From contig JBKPGW010000040.1 of the NCBI GenBank assembly GCA_046729555.1, forward strand, positions 11,553 through 75,552: DNA of 64,000 nt. The letters run 5' to 3'. The position numbers and the translations under genes are program-made. How positions within the stretch are numbered: the stretch's first letter is position 1; each line of letters opens with the position of its first letter. This DNA comes from Actinomycetota bacterium. GTDB taxonomy: Bacteria; Actinomycetota; Thermoleophilia; Gaiellales; Gaiellaceae. Positions 46,666 through 55,000 of this stretch are shown piece by piece. Under the pieces are notes generated by a model. That model made no database searches. It had not been told where the DNA came from and saw only the letters and a list, made by a program, of their open reading frames with translations.

Positions 46666-47604
46666 ATGAGGTATCGGAGCGTTGCGGACCTCGACGCGGA
46701 CGTCGTCGACTGGCTTCCGCGCCTGCCCCGTGATCTCGAGCTGATCGTCGGTATCCCGCGCAGCGGGCTACTCGCCGCGACCCTTCTGGCGCTGCACCTG
46801 AACCTGCCGATGACGGATGTCGAAGGCCTGATCGAGGGCCGTGTCATGCAGGCGGGGCCGCGCTTCTCGGGAGATGTCGTCGGGCTGCTCGCCGAGCCGA
46901 GAAAGATCCTCGTCGTCGACGACAGCATCCTCCTCGGGCGCCAATTGGAGCGGGTCAAAGCACGCATCCGGGCGGCGTCCTTGCCGCACACCATCAGCTA
47001 CGCGGTGCTCTATCCGGCTCCCGGAGCCGAGCAAAGCGTCGACTTCTTCTTCGAGACCGTCAAGATGCCTCGGTGCTTCGAATGGAACCTCATGCACCAT
47101 CCCTGGGTCCTCTCGAAGACGTGCATGGATATCGACGGCGTCCTCTGCCGCGACCCCTCTGCCGCGGAGAACGACGACGGTCCTGAATATCGACGGTTCT
47201 TGGATGCGGCGGACCGCCGGTATCTTCCGACCGCTCCCGTCCGCTGGCTCGTCACCGCGAGACTCGAGAAGTATCGAACGGCGACCGAGGAATGGCTTAC
47301 GGCGAACGGCGTGGAGTACGGGGAGCTCCTGATGATGGATTACCCCGATATGGCCGCGCGCCGAGCCGCCAACGCGTACGCATCTTTCAAAGCCGAGATC
47401 TACCGAAGGACAGATGCCCTCCTCTTCGTCGAAAGCTCCCCGAAGCACGCCGGCGAGATCGCACGCCTTTCCGGGAAGTGCGTCTTCTGCGTCGAGACGA
47501 GAACAATGGTCGAGCCGGGGCTTCTTCCGCGTGTGCAGCGCACCGCAACCGAACTGCCTCGCCGCGTTCTCGCGTGGACGAGCAAAGCTGTCACGCGCGC
47601 CTAG
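46666..47604 (+). CDS. Fusion protein: type-I phosphoribosyltransferase-like N-domain + HAD-like phosphatase C-domain
   Basis: IVGIPRSGLLAATLLA and KILVVDDSILLG (PRPP-loop-like), then CMDIDGVLC (HAD motif I-like). Confidence 0.6.
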   Translation: MRYRSVADLDADVVDWLPRLPRDLELIVGIPRSGLLAATLLALHLNLPMTDVEGLIEGRVMQAGPRFSGDVVGLLAEPRKILVVDDSILLGRQLERVKARIRAASLPHTISYAVLYPAPGAEQSVDFFFETVKMPRCFEWNLMHHPWVLSKTCMDIDGVLCRDPSAAENDDGPEYRRFLDAADRRYLPTAPVRWLVTARLEKYRTATEEWLTANGVEYGELLMMDYPDMAARRAANAYASFKAEIYRRTDALLFVESSPKHAGEIARLSGKCVFCVETRTMVEPGLLPRVQRTATELPRRVLAWTSKAVTRA

Positions 47605-48494
47605 CAGATAGACCAGGAACCCCCCGCACCGGCGGCCTCGCGGCGCACCAGGCCGTCGTAATCGGAGTACTGCGGATGATCGAGGACGTGCGCCATGTAG
47701 AGCTTTCGTGGCCACAGCGTGTGGGATTCCCGCTCCGGTACGTAGAACTCGGCAGCGTAGATCGGCGAAAGCTTGCGGAGCGCGTGCGCGGCGTTGAACT
47801 CGGAGATCGCGAGCCGCTCCCCGTTGTGGTCGGCGTATGTGAACCCGGTGATGTCGTCGAAGTAGCAGAGCACGCGTGGGAGCATGAGCTCGGCGTCGGC
47901 TTCGAACGCGCGCAGCGCGCAGACCGTAGACGAGTACAGGTCGAGATCGAACGACACGAAGCCGATCGGCGCTGGGCGGCCGGCTACGAACTCGGGGACT
48001 GTCTGCTCGACCAGGCCTAGGATGAGCTTCGCTCGCTCGAGGCTCGGCAGGAGCCGCCCCTCGTCGAGCGGAAACTGACCTTCCAGAAACAGGTTCGGAC
48101 AGTCGCGGAAATCTGTCGGTTTCGGCAAGCCGCGACCGCTGTCGAAACCGTACACGTCGATGCTCACCCCGAATGCCTCTTCCGCGAACACGCTCGCTTT
48201 TTCCAGTGCAAGCAGCCCGCGGCCGCCGGCGACGCCGAACTCGATTGTCGAGATCGCCGGAACACCGAGCACCTTCGCCAGGCGCGCGGCGTGGAGCACA
48301 CCGTAAAGGTAGTTCGCACGCAGTGACGAGCCTCCCCGCGCCATGATCCTCTCGTGAAGGAGATTGACGTGCGCGTAATCGAACGGAGAGCGCGCCGCCT
48401 CCTCCTCCGAGACTTTGCTGGAGTCCGTCTCCTCGACCAAGCGCGCGGCGAAAAAGACGAGGCGGCGCGCGCCGCCTCTCAGTCGCTCCTTCAT
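47601..48494 (-). CDS. TylF/MycF-type class I SAM-dependent O-methyltransferase
   Basis: IEFGVAGGRG SAM loop and FDLDLYSST motif. Confidence 0.72.
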   Translation of the reverse strand: MKERLRGGARRLVFFAARLVEETDSSKVSEEEAARSPFDYAHVNLLHERIMARGGSSLRANYLYGVLHAARLAKVLGVPAISTIEFGVAGGRGLLALEKASVFAEEAFGVSIDVYGFDSGRGLPKPTDFRDCPNLFLEGQFPLDEGRLLPSLERAKLILGLVEQTVPEFVAGRPAPIGFVSFDLDLYSSTVCALRAFEADAELMLPRVLCYFDDITGFTYADHNGERLAISEFNAAHALRKLSPIYAAEFYVPERESHTLWPRKLYMAHVLDHPQYSDYDGLVRREAAGAGGSWSIC

Positions 48495-48532
48495 GAACGC
48501 GCGTGCAGGAATACCTGGAGCAGGAGCCTACT

Positions 48533-50152
48533 CTACCCGCTCGTGGAGCTTGTATAGACCGGGCCGGGCTTGAATGCCTTCCGCGCGCGAGCACAGTCGC
48601 GGGCGGACCCAATGTGCCGTGTCCTGCCCGTCGGCAGGTCCACGAACACTGCGTGGCCGTACGCCGTGACGTAGTCCTCGGGAAACGCAAGCGCGAAGAT
48701 CGTGCTGCGGCTACACGACACGCTCCGCCGATAGATCGGAACGGCCCTGAGCGATCGTTCGTTGAAGCGTAGGTCGACGGCACCTCGGAGCTCCGCCGGC
48801 GCTTGGAAGATCGGGACGCCCGGCGCGGTTCTCGCCGGATAGCCGAACGTGAAGATCGTCGACCCCGCCGGTGGATGCGGCAGCACAGTCTGCAATCGCT
48901 CCAAGAAATGACGCTGTTCGGCCGCAGCAGCGTCGTAGCGAGTGACATCGGCGCGCACGCGCTGGATCAGCCCTAGTCCAATGAGGATCGAGCCGGCGCC
49001 GATGATCACGACTGCCGCACGTTTCCGCCCACCTCCGACGAGGCTGGCCGCAAGAGCGAGAACCGAATACGCCGCCACGACGAATCCGAACGCCGCGAGC
49101 GTCTGGATCCGGTCGTCGATTCCTGGGTAGAAGAGCGGGAACAGACCACTGCCGAGGAACATCACGTACGCGACCGCCACCCCGCCTGCACCCCACGCAC
49201 TCCGAATCAGCCAGCGCCGCAGCTCGCGTCCCTCCGGCCGGCGACAGCGAGCCAGGGCGGCTGCGACGACCGCGGCGGCTGCGGCGAGCACACCAAGCTT
49301 CCCTGCCGAGGAGGAGGTGATGTCCCAGGAGGACGCCCAAGACGAGCTGACGTCCCGCGGGGCAAACATCAGCGCGAAGAGGGAGAGTCCCTGGCCGAGG
49401 AAATGCGGGATATCTCTCACGCGCTCGGACAACGATCCGACGTGTCGCACCCGTGACGTCACGCGAAGGGAGATCAGGAGCGGGACGAGCACAAGGGCCG
49501 CGTCCACTGCCCAGCGTGCGCGTAGGGCTCGCCACGACACGCGAGTCCGATAGAGCAGTCCGGAGAGGAGGATTGCCGCGGGTGCCACCTCGTAGGTGAG
49601 GATGCTGACGAGATAGAACGCAGCCGCGAGGAGGTGGAGCACGATCGCAGCGCGGCGGCGCGCGTGCCAGAGCGCGAGGGCGCGCAAAGCTGCAATCGAG
49701 CCGAGGAAGTAGGCGATGACCGCGACGTTGTTCATGGCTCCCGCCGGCCAGAGGTGGGCTGCGTCGGACCAGGGAAAGACAAGCGAGAGCAAGGCCATGG
49801 CGAGTGCATGCGGAAGCTCGATCCCCAGCACGCGCAGGAACGCGAAGAAGCTCAGCGACGTCAGCGCAGAGAGGACGACGGCCGTCGCGAGATGGTAGGT
49901 CGGGTCGAGCCCGAAGAGCACGAACGGTAGCTGGTGTAGGACGGCGAGAATCGGCCGCGCCGGGATCGAGTGCCGCCATTCGTACACGCTCGTTCGCCAC
50001 CAGCCCTCGAAGTGGTACGCGGCGGCATTCGCCCAGTCGTCGGCATAGAAGCCTCCGTGCTGCACATGAGGGGTCAGGATGAGGAAACCCAGCCCGACGA
50101 GTGCCACTCCTGCGAGCGCGATCTCCGCGCTCCAATGAAGGCGCCGGGTCAT
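48533..50152 (-). CDS. Large polytopic membrane protein, GT-C-like, uncharacterised family (paralog of 30367-32103)
   Basis: 539 aa. Loop-1 motif GGFYADDWA, followed by RPI..LFGLDPTYH. Confidence 0.6.
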   Translation of the reverse strand: MTRRLHWSAEIALAGVALVGLGFLILTPHVQHGGFYADDWANAAAYHFEGWWRTSVYEWRHSIPARPILAVLHQLPFVLFGLDPTYHLATAVVLSALTSLSFFAFLRVLGIELPHALAMALLSLVFPWSDAAHLWPAGAMNNVAVIAYFLGSIAALRALALWHARRRAAIVLHLLAAAFYLVSILTYEVAPAAILLSGLLYRTRVSWRALRARWAVDAALVLVPLLISLRVTSRVRHVGSLSERVRDIPHFLGQGLSLFALMFAPRDVSSSWASSWDITSSSAGKLGVLAAAAAVVAAALARCRRPEGRELRRWLIRSAWGAGGVAVAYVMFLGSGLFPLFYPGIDDRIQTLAAFGFVVAAYSVLALAASLVGGGRKRAAVVIIGAGSILIGLGLIQRVRADVTRYDAAAAEQRHFLERLQTVLPHPPAGSTIFTFGYPARTAPGVPIFQAPAELRGAVDLRFNERSLRAVPIYRRSVSCSRSTIFALAFPEDYVTAYGHAVFVDLPTGRTRHIGSARDCARARKAFKPGPVYTSSTSG

Positions 50153-50209
50153 CGTGTGGTCAGTGACGGGTGTTCAGAGTGTCTCGTGCCGTAGCGCAGT
50201 GTTGTCCGA

Positions 50210-51232
50210 TCACCCGCTCCGCAGGGTGCGTCTGAGCCTGCTATGTCCGCGACGTGCTTCCCGATGCTCGAGCGCCCGCGCAGCCGCCTCGGGTGCGAAG
50301 GCGGCGGCGAGGGCCGCCGCGCGCGACCGAAACGCGACAGCAGGCATCCGAGCCACTGCAAGCGCGCGCCTGCGCGCGTCGTGCGAGCGCGACCGAAGCG
50401 CTGCCTCCGCCTCGGTGAGCGCGAGATAGGCCCTCTGCGCCGCCAGCGAGCTTGCGAGTACGACACGCTCGGAGTTGTCCAGCGCGCGCGTCTCGCCGAT
50501 GTGCTCGAGCAGCGCGACCCGGTCTCGGAGTGTTCGAACGCGGTCGGACGTCAGGCTTCGATCGTGAAAGCGGTAGAGATACAGCGGCTCGTCGACGGCA
50601 CCGGCGACGGCACCGCTGAACACAAGCCTGATCACGCACTCCCAGTCGGAGCCGGTGCGTAGCGACTCGTCGAAGCCACCGGCGTCCATGATCGTCGTCC
50701 GCCGGTAAGCCGGAGCGACGCAAAAGCAGCGCTCGAGTATCGCGGCGCGTTGGTCGACGATCTCGAATGCGCAGCCGGCGCTGAAGGTCGCGACGGGTCG
50801 CCCGTCGACCTCGAGCAAGGCATCGGTGCAGAGGATGTCGAGGTCGGGCCGCGCGACTGCGAGCTCGGTCAGCGCCTCGAGGCGCTCGGGCAGGTAGGCG
50901 TCGTCGGCGTCGAGGACCGCGAGGAAGTCGCCGTGCGCGTGCCTGAGCGCTGCGTTTCGCGCCGATGCCGCTCCTCCTCGCGTCTTCCGAATGCAGACGA
51001 TGCGGTCGAGGTACGGCTCGAGCACGGCCACGGTGCCGTCGGTCGAGCCGTCGTCGCAGACGATCACCTCGAGGGGCGGCAGCGTCTGGTCAAGCGCGGA
51101 CTCGACCGCCTCGACGACGGTCTCGGCCGCGTCGTGCGCGGCGATGACAACGGAGAAGGTCGGCCGCGGGCCGGGCTCGAGCTGGCCGATCTCGGGCGGC
51201 GCCCGGAAGACGCGTCGCCCCGTCCCATTCAT
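50210..51232 (-). CDS. GT2-family glycosyltransferase with a helical C-terminal extension (paralog of 52012-53046)
   Basis: 340 aa from ATG 51232. FSVVIAAHD, VIVCDDGSTDGT and LDADDAY motifs. Confidence 0.85.
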   Translation of the reverse strand: MNGTGRRVFRAPPEIGQLEPGPRPTFSVVIAAHDAAETVVEAVESALDQTLPPLEVIVCDDGSTDGTVAVLEPYLDRIVCIRKTRGGAASARNAALRHAHGDFLAVLDADDAYLPERLEALTELAVARPDLDILCTDALLEVDGRPVATFSAGCAFEIVDQRAAILERCFCVAPAYRRTTIMDAGGFDESLRTGSDWECVIRLVFSGAVAGAVDEPLYLYRFHDRSLTSDRVRTLRDRVALLEHIGETRALDNSERVVLASSLAAQRAYLALTEAEAALRSRSHDARRRALAVARMPAVAFRSRAAALAAAFAPEAAARALEHREARRGHSRLRRTLRSG

Positions 51233-51244
51233 CACGTTCTGATC

Positions 51245-52015
51245 ATGCACACGAGCCCGACTGTGTGCAAAGGACGCGGTAACGTCTGCTTCGTGAGCAC
51301 CCGCCCCACGACGGGGGAGCTCGGCGCGGCGCCTGATCCACTCCGTTGGCGGCGGCGACTGCAGCGAGTGCGGCATCCAGCCTGGCTCGGCACGATCCGC
51401 CGGACCACGCCGGTCAGCGACCACTACGGACGCGACCGCGGCACACCGATCGACCGCTACTACATCGAGCAATTCCTCGCAGCGGAGCGCGAGGCGATTC
51501 GCGGCCGTGTCCTGGAAGTGATGAACCGCGACTACACCGTTCGTTTCGGCGCGGGCGTCGGTACCAGCGATGTGCTCGACATCGATCCCGGCAATCCGGA
51601 GGCCACGATCGTCAGCGATCTCGCTGCCGCCGATTCGGTGCCGACGAGCAGTTTCGACTGCTTCATCCTCACCCAAACGCTCCAGTACATCTACGACCTG
51701 AAAGCAGCTGTCGAACACGCCCACCGAATTCTGGCTCCGGGCGGCACGCTTCTCTGCACGGTGCCCGTGGTCAGCCGCATCGACCGCTTGCAGCTCGGGT
51801 CCGAGTGCTGGCGGCTGACCACGGTGGCCTGCTCACGCTTGTTCGGCGATGTCTTCCCCGCCGACAGCGTCGCCGTCCGGGCGCGAGGGAATGTGCTGGT
51901 GGGCGTCGCCTTCCTCGTCGGGATGGCGGCGGAGGAATTATCGCCGCGCGAGCTCGACCGAGACGATCCTTTTTTCCCTGTGATCGTCAGCGTGCGCGCG
52001 ACGAAGGCACGCTAG
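51245..52015 (+). CDS. Class I SAM-dependent methyltransferase
   Basis: RVLEVMNRDYT.., FDCFILTQTLQYI and LAPGGTLLCTVP motifs. Start is ATG 51245 or GTG 51293. Confidence 0.78.
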   Translation: MHTSPTVCKGRGNVCFVSTRPTTGELGAAPDPLRWRRRLQRVRHPAWLGTIRRTTPVSDHYGRDRGTPIDRYYIEQFLAAEREAIRGRVLEVMNRDYTVRFGAGVGTSDVLDIDPGNPEATIVSDLAAADSVPTSSFDCFILTQTLQYIYDLKAAVEHAHRILAPGGTLLCTVPVVSRIDRLQLGSECWRLTTVACSRLFGDVFPADSVAVRARGNVLVGVAFLVGMAAEELSPRELDRDDPFFPVIVSVRATKAR

Positions 52016-53046
52016 CGAACGCGCGACACGTTCGCCGCTCGCGGCACGCGGGTCCCGCCTCCTCCCATCCACGCGCGTGCCGCGCGGCGGCGCAAGAGGC
52101 GACGTGCTACGCGCGGCGCCGCAGCGATGACCGCCAGCTCGAGCCGGCGCCGCACGGCCAGCTCGGGCGCGCGAAGCAACGACAGCGCGCGTCGAGTCGT
52201 GCCCGCTTCACCCGCCGCGACGGCGACCCGCAGATCGAGCAATGAGAGATCGCGGCGGTATGAGCGCAGCGACGCCTCGAGCACGGGCCGCTCCTCCTCG
52301 CGCAGTGCCGGGTTCGCCCGCGCCTTTTCGAGCGTCATCAGCTTTCCGAGCAGCAGGTCTCTCCGTTGCGCAGTCAGGCTCGTCTCCCGCAGCCGGTAAA
52401 GGGCGAGCGGCTCGTCGACGCAGCCGGCCGCTGCTCCGGCCAGGATCATCCGGAGCCAGAGGTCCCAGTCGGTTGTCCAGCGAATCGACTCGTCGAAGCC
52501 ACCGTGCTCGACGAACCGTTGGCGGCGAACGGCGGCCAGCCCGAAGACGAAGTTCCGTTGCAGGATTGCGCTGCGCTGGTCCTCCACCTCGAAGCGCCAG
52601 GAACGATCGTAGACGTGGCGAACCTCGACGCCGTTCGCAACGATCAGCCCGTCGCTCGTCAGGATGTCGAGGTCCGGACGCAGCTGCGCCAGCTCGCTCA
52701 ACGCCTCGAGGTTCTGGGGCAGATAGACGTCGTCGGCGTCGAGAATCGCGACGAAATCGCCCCTCGCGACCGCGGCCGCCGCGTTCTTCGCTGAGGCCTC
52801 GCCGCCGTTCTCCTTCCGGAGCAGCACGATCTCCTCGTGGTACGGCGCGAGCGCGTGCTCGAGATCATCGGTGGAGCCGTCGTCGCAAACCACCACCTCG
52901 AGCGGCCGCAGCGTCTGGCGGCGGATCGAGTCGAGGGCGTCGCCGATGACGTCCGCAACCTGGTAGGCGGCGACGATCACCGAGAAGCTGGGCGCCGGCC
53001 CCGGCTCCACCTCGCGCAGTGTCGGCGGGGCCAGGAAACGCCTCAT
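52012..53046 (-). CDS. GT2-family glycosyltransferase with a helical C-terminal extension
   Basis: FSVIVAAYQ, VVVCDDGSTDD and LDADDVY motifs. ATG 53046 aligns with the paralog's N-terminus. The longest ORF starts at 53076. Confidence 0.85.
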   Translation of the reverse strand: MRRFLAPPTLREVEPGPAPSFSVIVAAYQVADVIGDALDSIRRQTLRPLEVVVCDDGSTDDLEHALAPYHEEIVLLRKENGGEASAKNAAAAVARGDFVAILDADDVYLPQNLEALSELAQLRPDLDILTSDGLIVANGVEVRHVYDRSWRFEVEDQRSAILQRNFVFGLAAVRRQRFVEHGGFDESIRWTTDWDLWLRMILAGAAAGCVDEPLALYRLRETSLTAQRRDLLLGKLMTLEKARANPALREEERPVLEASLRSYRRDLSLLDLRVAVAAGEAGTTRRALSLLRAPELAVRRRLELAVIAAAPRVARRLLRRRAARAWMGGGGTRVPRAANVSRVR

Positions 53047-53074
53047 CGAGTCGGCGATTGTATCGTCGCCGGCC

Positions 53075-54268
53075 ATGAGCCGGATCGTCCTTCACGGCAT
53101 CTCAGGGGTGCATTCGCCGGTCGTCGCGGGGATCTCCGGCGACGAAGACCTTTTGCGCGAGGCCGCTGCCGGCCTGCCGGACGCCGCTGCGACGCCGGAG
53201 GCGATCGCGGTGCGCATTCGGCGTACGGGCGTGGAGCTCGATTGGGGAGAGCCGAAGACATTCGCCGATGCCCGTTCGGTGCTGCGCTTCTGCCGTGCCC
53301 GGGGCGCCTCGTCCGTCGAGCTCGTGCGCGCCGATCCGACGCTCTTGGTCGGCCTGCAACTCGGGTCGTACTTCGCCGCACCCGTCACGAGGCGCATGCT
53401 TCGACGAGCCGTGCTGGCGGCACACGTTTCGCTGCCGGCGCCTCTGGAGATCGCCGCCGACGCTGCGTTCTGGCGCGGCGTCCGGAGCGAAGCGACGGCG
53501 CGCGAATGGCAGCGGCTGGCGCGAAGCTCGTACGTCGGCCTCTACTACCACCGCATCGCCGGCGAGGGGAAGCCGGGGCAGGAGCGGCTCGACGTCTCGC
53601 CGGCCGTTTTCGAGCGACAGATGCGCTGGCTGCGCCGGCTGCGGCTTCGGCCGCTCACGCCCGACGAGTTGATCGCGTTCCACACCGATCCGCAAGCGAC
53701 GCTGCCGCACCGCTCGGTCGTGCTGGCCGCGGACGACGGCTTCCGCGACGCCATCGTCGCGCTCGCCCGCCACGCCGACCTGCGGCCGTTCGTCTTCGTC
53801 CCGACCTCCGCCGTCGGTGGCACGGCCTCATGGGTCGACGGCGAGCCCGTGGCCGGCTGGTCGGAGCTGCGAGAGCTCGTCTCGCTGGGGGGTGTGATCG
53901 GGTCGCACGGGCGAACCCATGTGTCGTTTCCCGATCTCGACGCGACGACGCTCGCTGCGGAGCTCGGCGAGTCGATGCGAGAGCTACGCGCCCAGATTCC
54001 CGAAGCCGCACCCCTGCTCGCCTACCCGCACGGCCGGAACGACGCCTCGGTCCGAGTCGCCGCCGACAAGGCCGGGTACCGCGCGGCCTTTTCGAGCGAG
54101 ACTGGCCGAAACGGCGCGGGCACCGACCCCTTCGAACTGCGACGCGTCGAGCTCAAAGAGTGGGACGGGCCCGCGTCGGTGACTTGGAAGGCCCTCACCG
54201 GCGAGCTCATCCCATGGCCGATCGAGCGCCGGCGGCTCCGGCGACGTGCGCGCCGCGCCGGACGCTAG
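53075..54268 (+). CDS. Polysaccharide deacetylase (CE4) with an unassigned N-domain and an Arg-rich tail (paralog of 37212-38525)
   Basis: LAADDGF, IGSHGRTH and LAYPHG motifs. Tail ERRRLRRRARRAGR. Confidence 0.8.
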   Translation: MSRIVLHGISGVHSPVVAGISGDEDLLREAAAGLPDAAATPEAIAVRIRRTGVELDWGEPKTFADARSVLRFCRARGASSVELVRADPTLLVGLQLGSYFAAPVTRRMLRRAVLAAHVSLPAPLEIAADAAFWRGVRSEATAREWQRLARSSYVGLYYHRIAGEGKPGQERLDVSPAVFERQMRWLRRLRLRPLTPDELIAFHTDPQATLPHRSVVLAADDGFRDAIVALARHADLRPFVFVPTSAVGGTASWVDGEPVAGWSELRELVSLGGVIGSHGRTHVSFPDLDATTLAAELGESMRELRAQIPEAAPLLAYPHGRNDASVRVAADKAGYRAAFSSETGRNGAGTDPFELRRVELKEWDGPASVTWKALTGELIPWPIERRRLRRRARRAGR

Positions 54269-54984
54269 TCGGTTTCGTTCACGACGAGGCGCCCGATCAC
54301 CTCGTGCTCCGAGATCCATGCAGTCGTCTCGACGCGTCGCTCGAGCGCTGAGCCGACGTTCACTTCCATCGCGTTGTTCCAGAGGAGCAGGCTGTCGTCG
54401 ACGACGTCGAAATTCCACTGGTGCAGTCCGCCGTAGCGCGCGCTCTCACCCTCGTTCCGCTTGTGCCTGAGGAGCACGATCCCGCCTGGGCGCACGACCG
54501 CAACCATGTTGAAAATGATCGTGAAGGGATCGGCGCTGTGATCGAGCGCGTTGGTCGCGTAGGCGATGTCGAACCTATCTGAGCCGAAGTGCAGCAGCAG
54601 GTCTTCGCCCGCAACCCGCAGCGTGCGAATTGGAGGATCGAGCTTGGCGTCACGGAGCAGGCGGTCGTACTCGTCTGCAAGCGGATCGACCGGGACGATC
54701 GTCAGCGTCTTGCCCGGATAGCGATAGCCGAGCGCGGTTAGCGGTCCCGCCCCCACGTCGAGGATCGAGACCTCCTTGGCCGGATTCCGTTCGAGCTCGG
54801 CACGCACCAGCGGATCCCTGATCTCCGTCTCCGGATCCAACCGCGACTCGCGATCGCTCGTCCACTCCTCGGTCCCGGGCGCGCCGGCCAGCCACCCCGC
54901 CCAGAAGTCGACCTCGCTGCGCTGGCGCGCTCGCCACCACAGCCGGCGGCCCACGCCGAAGTGCATCAGCGCTCGGCGTGGCAT
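54265..54984 (-). CDS. Class I SAM-dependent methyltransferase
   Basis: 239 aa from ATG 54984. ILDVGAGPL SAM loop and VRPGGIVLL. Confidence 0.8.
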   Translation of the reverse strand: MPRRALMHFGVGRRLWWRARQRSEVDFWAGWLAGAPGTEEWTSDRESRLDPETEIRDPLVRAELERNPAKEVSILDVGAGPLTALGYRYPGKTLTIVPVDPLADEYDRLLRDAKLDPPIRTLRVAGEDLLLHFGSDRFDIAYATNALDHSADPFTIIFNMVAVVRPGGIVLLRHKRNEGESARYGGLHQWNFDVVDDSLLLWNNAMEVNVGSALERRVETTAWISEHEVIGRLVVNETD

Positions 54985-55000
54985 CGTCTTCCAGCCTCCG

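Noticed and set aside
46768-48948. A 726-aa minus-strand ORF, and similar very long ORFs (for example 13561-15084 +, 7723-9003 +, 20054-21271 -, 26035-26973 -, 43700-44551 +).
   Set aside because: Their translations are Arg/Ala/Pro/Gly-rich low-complexity strings. They lie antisense to, or out of frame with, genes that carry clear family motifs. These are typical shadow ORFs of a ~70% GC genome.
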